Below, piece by piece: positions 10,989-23,300 of a DNA stretch of 25,717 nt. The stretch spans positions 1 through 25,717 of the forward strand of contig RHPI01003053.1 in NCBI GenBank assembly GCA_009103225.1, written 5' to 3'. Source of the DNA: Chlorokybus atmophyticus. Lineage: Eukaryota; Plantae; Mesostigma and Chlorokybus algae. A program made the position numbers and the translations under genes. Below the pieces are notes generated by a model. That model worked only from the letters and a program-made list of their open reading frames with translations. It did no database searches and was not told the DNA's origin. Each line of letters begins with the position of its first letter. Within the stretch, counting starts at the first letter, position 1.

Positions 10989-13900
10989 CCGGTAAGTGCT
11001 AAACGGGCTTTTAAATCGATTCATAAGCATTAAATTAAAAGCTTATACCACCTGCTTTTAGCCTGATTGACGCCTCTTGTTACGTGATGCGTGTGGTAAA
11101 CGCGAGAGAAATGGTGCAAATTAGAGTGTATCTCTAATTGACCAACATAGATCGGCGGCGAAACACCCTCAATCTCGTCATCGATACGCATGATGCATTA
11201 ATACGGCATCAACATGTTATCGATCACGCTAACGAGAATGACATCTTTTACCTACGGAATATGTTATAGCCAAGCTCGAACTTGGGTAATCTCACCAGCA
11301 TAAGATGCTAATTGGTATGTACAGTACGCGCTACACCCTGCCTGTTATGATCAAGACTATTTAATGAACAACAATTGTGTGATATAAAATATGGAATTAA
11401 ATTATAGTATAAGCTCGACCCGATCATTTGCACAATTGTTGCCACGTCGACACAACATGGACAATGCGCAGTGATTGTATGTAAGCAAGCGTGATTGTAG
11501 ATGTGTTATTTCGTATAATCAGACTTACATACCACATTTATTTATCTAGCAAGTGGCTTCCCTACACCTACATTATTATAATGATACCATTAGCTAATGA
11601 TGTCGACATCATCGAGCTCACACTGATTGTGCTACTAGCACAATGATGTAGTACATCAACGCGTAAACATAGGTAACGTTGCCTCAATGGAACACTTAAG
11701 CTTAGTTTCTCTGTTAGTTTTATCATTAACGAGCTGTTAATGGTTGACGAGTTGATGCGTTTGTTGTGTGAGGACCCTCGATATCAAATGATGTCGGTTG
11801 AATCTTACACCCACAACACGTTTATTGATGACAAGCATATATTGTAATATGCGATTTTAATAATTATAGTAAAGGCACGGCGTTGCGAACAAAAAGCCTT
11901 GATTCTGCCGACATCGGACTTATAAGAGCAAACAATCGCGAACATATTTGCGGGAACTTAACACACAACAACATGCGCAAGGCAAAGTTTAAGACGTCGA
12001 AGAAGCGCGGCTGTGGCGTTAAAGATCCTTAGCCTAGCAATTGCTATTGTAACCTTCAGTTGCTAGCTCGATCATGTTAACACCATGTGCCATTGTATAG
12101 CTTCTATATAAGGCAGTAAGTGTTCAAGTAAATTGGAGAAACCCAGTTACTCTGCTATACAACGTTTAATCCTTTCCGTCCTTGCGTATGCATCTGGCTT
12201 TGAGTGTATTCACGTACATACGCATCAGTGATACACGTATTCGTGCTTGACTGCTTATTGCGCTGTGCATGTGATGCCTTAGCTTTATCAGTTATCATTT
12301 ATCATCAACCAATTGCGCATGCCACTGTCACTCTCTTGTGCAAGTTTACACGATGGCATTATAATAAATACATCTATGTGAATTGCATTGAGCCTATTAA
12401 AATTTTAAGGACACATATAGATGAAGAAGATTTACAGGTCGACTTGAGAATGGCAAAGTTTTATTAAATTTTTGCTATTTGCAAGTGCGAATGGATAAGG
12501 CTCAAGGTTCAGGGTGGCAGTTACACCCTCATAGTTACACTCTTGAACGCATAGCATGTTTGGGGTAGTGAAGTCCCGACACCATATGACACGAGTTTGA
12601 AATGCACAGCAGGTTGTTATATAGTGAATAGCAATACTTTATCAAACACTTGCCACATTACAATGTTGTACATCACACATAGAAAACAACACAATTAACA
12701 TTGGCATATCTCACTCGCAACATTGCTCGGTTGCACTCGATGAACATAATACATGCATGTTGGCAACGCATTAACCACAAATTGTTCTCAAACTCAATTT
12801 CATCTTTTAAAGATTAAGTTATACACATATATGATGTGTTAAACATTGAGCATGCTAAGCCAAGTGTGTGTGTTTATACACAAATCTACAACAGCTGTTG
12901 CACCGTCTTTACATTTGAGAGTAAATGGGATTTAACTTTACAACACGATGCGTTATTACACATAGCATGCATTTACACCACACGGAATTTTTTCCACGGA
13001 CCAGCCCTGGTCCGCACGTACGGACCAGGGCCAAAACGCCCGGGCGGCTTGGGGTCCGGACCAGGGTCGCCCGCCTTGGTCTGCACGCGGGGACCAGGGC
13101 TGGTCCAAACAGTACGTAATTGTCCCACGGTCCCCCAAATAACCGGGCCAGCCCTGGTCCCGGTTAGAAACCGGTTTAAGACGGATCATTTATGGTCCTT
13201 CATTTTACATCAAAGAACCTTGTTTGGTTCGAGGTCTTTTGTTTTACGACGAGTACCTCCTGCCTGTTACAGCAGCCATGGCCCGTACTTACGGATCATG
13301 GCTGGTGCGTCTCGTAAGGTAGTTCAGACCATGTGTTTCACCGGCAATAGAAACTGATCGGCGATGTTAAAACGCTGCAAATTAACTGTGCTATGGCGGC
13401 TAACTACGGTCAGCTGCGGCAATTAAGCCGCAGCTGACCGCATTGGGCCGCCGCTGCTGGTGGCCTGGCGGGCGGCCTGGTGCTCCACACCAAGAGCACC
13501 AGGCCACGCCTGGTGGCGACCAGCCCAGTATGGCCAAGGCCAAGGGCTTGGAGGTCGCCAGGCCATAGCCATAGCCATGGCCATGGCTTCCACGAACGCC
13601 GCTGCAGTTGCAAGCCTGCACATCAGGCCAAAAGCACATGCAACCCCCCTAGGCCGATCCCTGATGCATGCATGAGGACGTTCAAAGCCACATACACACA
13701 CAACCAGGCCATAGTCACCCACCGTTAAGCATGCAACCACGCATACATATGTCCAAGTAGTAGCAGACATAGGCAGAATGGTTGAAACTGCAAGTCACTT
13801 AATAAGTAGACAACACAACATCACCTTACCAGCTTTACAACCCTCCAGAACATGCACTGCAACTTGTATTGCAATGCTATTCGCTAACTAACTCTAGCAT

Positions 13901-14255
13901 AATCAATATACAGCCCGCACATACTGATGAGCACGCACGCACGTCCGCAACCACACCAACTCAGTTGGTAAGATGGCTTCTTACCTGCCCCAGCCTTGTG
14001 CCGTCTTCACTGTCCTCCTTGAGTGCTGCGCGCTTCCATCCCCTTGCCCCGCTTCTGCTCTCTCCATCGCTGATTGACGCGCCATCCGGCACTGTCCTGT
14101 ACGTGCTGCAGGAGGAGCAGGAGTGAGTAGAGGAGCAGACGCATGCGCATATGCACATGCTTGTATGTGTGTGCACGTCAATCAAGGGGGCGGACACACA
14201 CCTGTTCACATGCATAGTGCAACTGTCTTGAACGCCGCACTGACCAGCGCCTATG

Positions 14256-14258
<3 letters not shown>

Positions 14259-14347
<89 letters not shown>
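14259..14347. repeat. (AG)n microsatellite, about 44 units
   Basis: Pure AG run ending at a single N (14348). Confidence 0.97.
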
Positions 14348-15412
14348 NGCCTTCCTGTGCGTGTCCGCATGCGCAAGCATGCGCACGCGGACACGCACAG
14401 GCAGTCATCCTCACACCCAACCATGCCAAGCTAAGCAGGCCTACCTGGAAGTTGAGCGGGGTGGTCTTCGCCACCATCCCCTCTGTGTCATTCCCACCAT
14501 CAGCTCGTTTCCGAACACTCATGCGCGTGCACAATAATACACGCAACACATCGGAGTGACTCGCACAGCGACGCACGCACTTGCACACGTTGGTCAAGAA
14601 TACGAATGCGCACGCACGCACGCTCATACGCGTGCGCACACACAATTGTTGTACCTTGAAGGTGGTGGAGGGCAGGACAGCGGGGCCGGGGTAGTGCTTG
14701 CCCACGCGAAGCCGTGCACTAACAACTCGTTCTCTCTTTTAGCAGCGGACTGTTGTTGATCGCACCTTGCGGGAGGGCATGCAGTCCGGGAAACTGCATG
14801 CGCGCGTGCGGGTGTGAGCATGCGCATGCCCGCATGCTTGTGCGTGTGCGTGGCTTGTTGAGAAAGGGGGGGAGGGGGGGGTGGGGGGTAAACCTGTTTA
14901 CATGCATAGTGTACACGCCGAGCTGTCTCATGGGCTGCACCAGTCAGTGCAGTCTATGAGCCGCCTATAGCAACTGCCTCATAGGCTGCACTGTCCAGTG
15001 CCGCACTGTCCAGTGCAGCCTATCATGATGAGGCAGTCACTTAGCCTATGAGGCAGTCTGACCGGTTGCTTGGGCTGATCAACCACGGCGGTCTATCAGC
15101 CCATTATCAACAAGTGTGTGTTAATGTGTATGTGTGTAACAAAGAGCACATGTGTAGTATGCGTGTGTGCGCATGTCTCCCCCCCCGCCCCGTTCCTCCT
15201 CACACCCCTCCGCTCACCTTGAGGTCCAGCAAATGCATTTGATTGCAGCGCCCCCCGCTACCGGGGGCTCTAAGAAGAGCAGCAGCATCGGGCTCCCCGC
15301 CAACACTGTTGGCTGGCAGCCACGTCCCGGATCACATGTGCAGACATGTGCGAAAAGAATTGTGTGTGCAGTTGCATAGTCACGCCTGCACACGCCTAAG
15401 CACAGATGCACG

Positions 15413-16070
15413 CACATGTGTGTGGGAGCGCACAAGCACACATCGAGCGTATGTGACATATACGCATGCATCAACATGCACACGCACGCGCGAACCTTCA
15501 AGCACTGTGGGGTGTGGACCTCCCGCATCTATACATAAGTGCTCACATACAGCCGCCTATGACTTTTGGATTCTATAGCGTGGCAGCGCTGGCTCATAGG
15601 CCGCACTGGTCAGTGCGGCCTATGAGCCAGCGCTGCCAGGTCACACACAGCCGCCTATGACTTTTAATATCTATAACCTGGCAGCGCTGGCTTATAGGCC
15701 GCACTGACTAGTGCGGCCTATAAACCAGCCTCNCGCACGAACATGTGTGTGGGAGCGCACAAACGCACATCGTGCATATGTGACATATACGCGCACACAC
15801 GCCTATACGCATGCATGAACATGCACACGCACGCGCGAACCTTCAAGCACTGGGTGGACCTCCCGCATCTATACACAAGTGCTCACATACAGCCGCCTAT
15901 GATATTTGGAATCTCTAGCATGGCAGCGCTGGCTCATAGGCCGCACTGGTCAGTGCGGCCTATGAGCCAGCGCTGCCAGGTCACACACAGCCGCCTATGA
16001 CTTTTAATATCTATAACCTGGCAGCGCTGGCTCATAGGCCGCACTGACCAGTGCGGCCTATGAGCCAGCC
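15413..16070. repeat. About 340-bp tandem duplication, each unit containing two 98-bp sub-repeats built on a 58-bp palindrome
   Basis: TGGCAGCGCTGGCTCATAGGCCGCACTG-nn-CAGTGCGGCCTATGAGCCAGCGCTGCCA is perfect at 15581-15638 and 15921-15978, and partial at 15679-15730 and 16019-16070. Confidence 0.9.
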
Positions 16071-19000
16071 TCATATGCTGCACTTGATAGTGCGCTGCAC
16101 TGCATCTTCTTGTTGGGCTATAGCCCGGAGGTCTATAGCCCAACAAGTGTGGGTATGTGTGCACGTGCATGCGAAAGAGCACTTGCATGCTTGCATAAAC
16201 AGTGCGAATGGCTGTGTGGACAGTGCCGTCTACGAGCACAGTTGTAAGCGTGTACGTGCATTCACAAATGAGCATGCCTCACAATCCACATACGCACGCA
16301 CGCACATGCGCATGCACACAAGCGCCCACACATGCGCGGGCGCACACACACTTACCGCACCTTGAAGATGGTGATGAGTGCGGGCAGCTGCGGCAAGGGA
16401 GTGCCTGCCGCCATGTACGCAAAGCTGTTCACTACAAACTCTTTTTCCCAAGCGAGTTGCTGATTGCCAGCTTTGGGACAATCCGCATACCAGCGCGTGC
16501 ACGTAAGCGCATGCACGTGTGTACGTTCACATGCGTCACGGTGTGCAGGCATACTTGTATGTGTGTGCGCATCTTTTTACCTCGAAGACCATGACAAGGA
16601 AGATCGTTACGAGAAAGATAGTACGGGCAAGAGGTGGGCGGGAAGGGGGGGACACACCTGGTCATATGCATAGTGTACAAAACTGGCTCGTAGGCCGCAC
16701 TGCCCAGTGCGGGCTATGAGGCAGTTGGCGGCTCCAATAAGTGTGATTGCGTGTGTATGTGCGTGTGACAAAGAGCACATGCAAGCACACGCATGCCCAA
16801 GTGCGTGCGCTTGCGCGTGCGTATGCGCGCACATATGCTTTCCCATGATATCATTTGAGTGTCACCAGGCACACCACCGTACAGCATACATGCATGCGCT
16901 TGTCAACAACACAAACGGGAAACAGCATTGATACCTGGTAGGATTGGAACTTGTGATGCGGACAGCTGCAAGCTGCTGATCTCTGTCTGAAAGGCAGTCG
17001 TATAAGGCGTGGACCCAGGGTAGATACTTGTTGGGCGCGTCTGATGGCGTGGTGAGGACACTGTGCTGCAAACTAGCACATAGGTGAACTGATCGCCTTT
17101 ACCTTCACAGCCTGCATGAGAGACAGACACACATGTGAAGGAGGTATGCGTGACAGACATAACATCAATCACACAATTGCTCACCTCCGGATGCTATCTC
17201 GCACACGTCCCACACTTACTCCAGGCTCCAACGTGAGGCGAGGTGGTCTAGAGTGCGAGGAGGACATAATTTTGGAGTATACATATAGACGTGCACTTGT
17301 AGAACACAAGCATACGTGTGTCCATCCATGCGTGTGCCTGCAGGTGTGCCAGTGCGTGCGTGTGTGCGGCATGCAGGCACACTTGTCACATCAACCTAAC
17401 ATTTTGAACTTGCTCATCTACGTGCGTGCTGCTGAAAGAGTGCAAGTGGCTGTGGCTATGACGGCTATAAGGCAACTGTAAAGAACAATCAACGTGTATT
17501 CTATGTCTACAGTGTTGTAGACATGGAGGCATACAGCCTCCATGTCAACAACCCTCTACATAACAAAAGGAAATCAACCTTGCATGCTAATACCTGACGG
17601 GCACGGTCTAGGTTGTTCATCATGCCCTCAAATGCCTGCAGGCTTGCATTGTCTTGATGGCGCACATTGGCATTGCTTAGTTGAAGGACAAAAACAGGAC
17701 ATAATACATCGGACGTAGTGTAGTCTCAAAAGCTAATGATCAGTGTTGCATATTGCCATGAGCATGCAATGCTTGAGCAATACGCCGTACATGGTGTCGC
17801 CACATGCATCCACTCCTAATACAAACACACGCGCATGTGCATGCACTCACACACATGCGTGCGCGCACACCGCTGTCCAAGTAAGTGCATGTGCAGAATT
17901 GTTGACGATGCAGACAACCCAATTGTTTATCAATATTGTTACTTTTACTGCTGCTGCAGCCACAACAGCTGCGGCTTGCTGCTGTAGCAACTGCAGCGGC
18001 GGCGGCGGCCGCTGTAGCTTGCCGTTCCTCTTGTTCATTTGAGTGAAGCTACAGCAGCAGCAATAGGCGCATCTGACAAGCTCACTAGCAGCTGACAAGC
18101 ACAACCACCTCCACAACAACTTGTGTGGTTTGACAACAACGTCAACAACACGTCATGGACTCAATTGTGTTGTTGTTGTCGGACAACAACAACACAATTA
18201 GCGACAGAGCAGACAATGGCAGCGAGCCGCTGCAACCGTAGCTACTACTGTTATACTAATGCCAACAGCAAGTGACTTACGTAACTATTGTAACTTACAG
18301 TGTGCTTACAACAAGCACACAAGAGGCAACGAACATTCCACACCACAAAGCACTTACCTTGACGTAGTAAGCCTACCTCCAGCACCGCCGCCTGTGGCGC
18401 CGCTTCTAGCGCTTGCAGCATAAGCGAGCAACGCAAGCAGTGCCTCAGTACGACCCATCGAGTAGGGTTTCAGCACGGGGTAAGGACAGTATCGTACTCA
18501 TTGCTCTGCTAACATGTGCAAGGCCGCGGCTCAATTTGTCATTGTCTCTAACGACGCGTAGTAAGTGACAGGCCTGGTGCTCACAATGTCCGCGTACGAA
18601 CCGGACTTGGTTCTTGGCACCTGTACCACTGTACCAGTGCGGCCCTGGCTCATAGGCCGCAGGGCATGCGACCAGCCTTAGTCCTACTGCTCAGGCCGCG
18701 TGCTGACCAGTGCTGTACCGGTCTATAAGCCGCGGGACACGCCACCAGCCCTGGTCCGGTCGTTCGGATCATATTGGCGGGCTCTGGGGCCGGACCACCG
18801 GCGGTCCGATCATGCCGAACCAGTCGCGGCACTGGTACGCTACAACGTACCAGACGTGGTCTACGGGCTGCGTACGACTGGTCCGCGTGTAAAAAGCCCT
18901 GTGCACATAGCATATAATGTCTCGCAATTTACAGTATTGATCAGTGTTCTTCGCAATGGTGGTGGCATGTTCGTGGTACTCTTATTCAATGCTTGGCAAT

Positions 19001-19251
19001 AACAATGATCATGGTTGTCTAACATAGCAATACGGTATAACTGAAAATTGATGATTTTCACATGTTGCTACTTATGCACTTTATTCAACAATGCGAGCTA
19101 ATTCATCTCCACGGTGTGGCACATGCCTAAATCTTCGGCGTTTGAACCAAGGGCTAGATCATGTGGCATGCTTGTTGAATGGCCTACGAGTTCTTGTCCG
19201 TGCTTGCCAAGCACGGCTTGCACATTGGTTGTGTGCATTACGTATGTCTTA

Positions 19252-19411
19252 TGTCGTGCCTTCCCGCATCGTGACTCGAACTCATCGTAAACCTCCTTGC
19301 CATGCATGTACGCATGCTATTATACACCATGAGACCATGTCATGCTGCCTCATGCACCATCTCTCAACACATGAAGCTGACACACGCATGACAGATGCGT
19401 GTCCCCTTGCA
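19252..19411 (-). repeat. Duplicate of the PPT/LTR-start block at 20185-20349
   Basis: 152-bp core (19252-19403 vs 20185-20336, offset 933) with 3 mismatches seen. Similarity continues into a PPT copy with a 5-bp deletion. Confidence 0.9.
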
Positions 19412-19538
19412 AAAGGTAGGCAAGTAGACCACAACTTGACTTGCAATCAGCCGTTCACTTATGTAAAGCAGTCCCAACTCAATCCTCACTCAAAGTACAT
19501 GCTAAGGCAGCCCATACGGTGCATCAAAGTCGCAACAG

Positions 19539-20337
19539 TGACACACACCCCTTCATGCACAGCAACGCACAGCAACGAACACGTGCACACACGCCATACA
19601 TGCAAGCATGTGCACACGCATCCGCTCAGCCAAGAACCTCTTCCCAAAGGTGTTGCTTGCACTCCAGTAGGCCAACTTGCATCCAACCAAACTAGGAAAC
19701 AGGCTAGCAAAGCCTTATATACCACCGTTGAGCTCAAGCCCAACCAACTCTCCAACTACCCTAACTGTCAATCTGCACCAGCATAGTAACAGTCATGGTG
19801 GCGTTGATAAGTAACGGTAAACAGTTAGGAAAGGCTTATCCAAGCTCATCCTCTTCAAGTACACTTCAAGACGCATCTTTTGACGCCAACCCATGGCCAA
19901 ACCGCCACTCCAACTGTAAGTTACGGCTTCTCAAAGTCACAACTCCGAAACAGCTGTGCGAGATACCATAGTGACCCAAATATGCTGTCAGCTCCGTATC
20001 TGACTGTAGATACGCCTCGAACACACCTCCCTCACGTCCATGAGGACCCAAACATGAGTTCCCAATGAAAACCCAACACATAAACCCTGTAAAATGGCTA
20101 TGAGAGCCAAAATCCCAAGGTCCATCCATGTCGCCAGCCCCGAGGGCATCATGCACATGACACTACATGCTCGCGCATGACAGCTGTCGTGCCTTCCCGC
20201 ATCGTGACTCGAACTCATCGTAAACCTCCTTGCCATGCATGTACGCATGCTATTATACACCATGAGACCATGTCATGCTGCCTCATGCACCATCTCTCAT
20301 CACATGAAGTTGACACACGCATGAAAGATGCGTGTCA
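19539..20337 (-). mobile_element. 3' LTR of the intact Gypsy element (start well supported, end tentative)
   Basis: On the minus strand TGACACGC begins at 20337, directly after the PPT and 60 bp past the pol stop. TATATAA at 19721-19715. Candidate end GTGTCA at 19544-19539 would form a terminal inverted repeat. The 5' LTR lies outside the window. Confidence 0.6.
19715..19721 (-). promoter_or_regulatory. TATA box in the candidate LTR U3
   Basis: Minus strand GGTATATAAGG, within the candidate LTR. Confidence 0.4.
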
Positions 20338-20346
20338 CCACCCCCT
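20338..20346 (-). other. Polypurine tract
   Basis: AGGGGGTGG on the minus strand, immediately 5' of the TG LTR start. Confidence 0.7.
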
Positions 20347-20396
20347 GCAGCTGAGCGCCAACGCCCTCGTGCGCCTTCAGCTGACTCACACGCTAC

Positions 20397-23300
20397 TCAA
20401 GTCCTCGTACACGCTGGACAATACCATGTCCCATCAGGGATCTCCTCAACTGGTGGACGAAGGCACTCCATGTGCCAACCGGCAACACACCCGTCGCACA
20501 GCAGCATGGTGTCCCAGCCTTCCGCTCGGCCACACCGCTCACAACGGTGGCCCACATCTGGTATTGCCAGAGCCGGATCCACGCTGTCATCCACGTTTGG
20601 CAGATGGCAAGGAGCGCAGCTCTTCATGTGCTCCTTAGTGGTCCTGGCATCAGCTCCCTCTAACAACAACACACCGTTGTTGAGAAGCTTCTTCACACGA
20701 AGGATGGTGCGGCTCGCACTCGTATCCAACGTGTCCTTGGTCTTTCTCTGCAGGTAGACAAAGTCTCCGGGCTGAAACTTCTGCAGTCTTGGCTTGTAGA
20801 AGCCACTCCTCACCCTGGCATAGCGCAGCGTGTCGCGGTGTTGTGCCACTTGCAAGTTGCCAAGTGCAATCGGCATCACACACCGGAACAGCTCCGCACG
20901 CTTTGCCATCTCCTTCTCCCACACATTGGGATCCTCCAAGTCAAGCTCCTGCTCAACCTGTCTCCGGATTGATGTTGGCAATATGGGCTCTCTCCCATAC
21001 AACAAAAAATAGGGGCTGTATGAGCTCAACGCAGCCTGCCGCGTCATGCGATAGCCCATTGCCAACCATGGCAACGCCAAGTCCCAGTCTCTCTTGTTGT
21101 GGTTGAGACAGTACTTGCGAAGCCCTTTCTTCACCACCTGTACCATTCGCTCAGCAAGCCCATCGGCTTGAGGATGGTCACGAGAAGTCCTTCGATGGTC
21201 GATAAAGGCTTGCGCCAACAAGTCATCGAACTGGCCACGAAACTCGGTGCCTTGGTCAGTGAGAACCTCAGCACAAGCACCGAATCTGCTAAGGACTTGA
21301 TCAAGGAAAGCTTCAGCCACAATCTTGCTCTCCTTCGATGGCAGCGCCACGACCTCGACCCACTTGGAGAAGTGCTCTATCATCACGAGCACGTAGCGGT
21401 TGCCTCTCTTGCTGACTGGTAGATCTCCGGCCAGGTCTAGGCTCCACCGATAGAAAAGTCCTTGAATAGGTAGAGGGTGCAGCTGTGGGTGCTTGGCATT
21501 GAAGCTTGCCTTCACTCTGTCGCACTCCACACAGCTTGCAACAACTTCCGCCACGGTAGACTTCATGCCAGCCCACCAATATGCTGATTGCACGAGCCCA
21601 AGTGTCCTCTTGACACCAAAGTGGCCCATCCTCTCATGAAGCAGCTCCACAAGCGGCTTCCTCTCATGTGGTTGAGGCACAATCCTCACACCTCCATCCG
21701 GCATCAAGCGCACAAGGTGGTTTCCCTCCCATCGATAGCGTTGCGCGCGTTGCCACACGCGATCTCGCGTCGCCGTGCTGCAACCAGCTTGGAACAGCCC
21801 GGTTTTGAGGTGAGCAAGCACTTGCTCATCCCTCCAAATGTCCTTTGAAGCCTCGGCTTCCTCCCCTTCAATGTCATTGACCGTTGGGGCTGGTGCAGCC
21901 TCCAAAGGCGGCATTACACCATTGTTGTCGCTATCTCCAGCTGCGTTTGCGCGCATGGATGCGCATGCTTCCACCGAACCCGCCAACACCAGCAAAGAAG
22001 CCACACGGTAGGCCAAAAACCCAGCCACGGGCATGCCATAGTCATGCCTCGCCTCACTCTCATCCAACGATGAAGGGTTTGGGTTCCTACTCAGCCCATC
22101 CGCGTCCATGTTGTCAACACCAGCTCGGTGCTCAATCTCAAACTCATACTCTTGCAGTATGAGCGCCCACCTGGCATGCTTCCCCGTGAGCTTGTCATTG
22201 GTCATCAACCACTTCAAGGGCTGGTGGTCGGTGATGAGTGTGAAGGGACGGCCATAGAGGAACGGTCTGAAGTGAACTATGGCCCAAACTACTGCCAAAC
22301 ACTCCCCCTCATAGGAGCTGTAGTTTGCCTCAGCGTTATTGTTGCTTCGGCTGCCATACGCGACCACATACTCCTTCCCATCATCATCCTTTTGACACAA
22401 CACGGCCCCAATGCCCAAACGGCTCCAATCCGTGTGTAGGATGAAGGGACGGTTGTAGTCCGCCCGTCTCAACACCGGCGCGGTGCATAGCTTCTCCTTG
22501 AGAAGCTCAAAGGCACGTTGGCACTCCTCCGACCAGCACCAGGCCTTGTCCTTCTTCAACAACTCATTTAAGGGCTTTGCAATCTTGCTATACCCCTCCA
22601 CGAACCTCCGATAGTAGTTCGCCAAGCCGAGAAACGCTCGAAGCCGGCTAATGTCCGTCGGTGCGGGCACTTGCACCAAGGCATCCACCTTTGCTTGCTG
22701 CACACGGACGCCATCCGGCACTATCTCATGGCCGAGATACGGGATGCGATCAGCTCCAAACAAGCACTTCTCCGGGTGACACCTCATGCCGCTCTCGCGC
22801 ACGCGCTCGAACACGCGCTCCAAGTGCACGAGATGCTCCTCCATCGTGTGGCTAAACACCAAGATGTCATCTATGTAGCACCTTGCGAAGGGTAGACCAC
22901 GAAGCACACGGTCCATCACACGCTGAAACTTCACAGGCGCATTCTTCAAGCCGAACGGCATGACCTTCCATTGGTAGAGCTGGTCCACTCCCCAAAACGC
23001 TGTCTTGCCACGATCCTCGGGCTTGATGGCGATCTGGTTGAAGCCCTGCCTCAAGTCCACGATGGAGAACACCTTTGCATCACCGATGTCATCAAAGATA
23101 GCCTCAGGGATAGGCATGGGGTACCGATCAGCCTTGGTCTTCTCATTGAGAGGCCGATAGTCACCACACATCCTTCTCGAGGTCCAGTTTCCTTGTGCAT
23201 CTTTCTTCAACGGCAACACCGTCGCCGCCGCGAAGTCCGAGGTTGACTCCTCAATGAGTCCGGCCTCCAACAAGTCAGCACACTTTTCTGCCACAAACTC

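Larger units (their letters stand above)
12979..18903. mobile_element. Candidate CACTA/EnSpm-like DNA transposon, about 5.9 kb, no recognisable transposase
   Basis: Left end CACACGGAATTTTTTCCACGGACCAG matches the reverse complement of the right end, CACAGGGCTTTTTACACGCGGACCAG, at 19/26 ungapped. The 3-bp flank CAC occurs on both sides (12976-12978, 18904-18906). GGACCAG/CTGGTCC subterminal repeats cluster at both ends, including the shared 14-mer ACCAGCCCTGGTCC (13000, 18744). Confidence 0.55.

Noticed and set aside
10269-10989. Long ORFs spanning X runs
   Set aside because: Artefacts of translating through the N gap.
15581-16070. CRISPR-like array (palindromic repeats with spacers)
   Set aside because: Spacers are near-identical, repeats are too long, the context is eukaryotic and there are no cas genes.
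19091-19786. 231-aa plus-strand ORF downstream of pol (possible extra antisense ORF)
   Set aside because: It overlaps LTR and duplicated repeat sequence, starts at a non-ATG codon, and has low-information composition.
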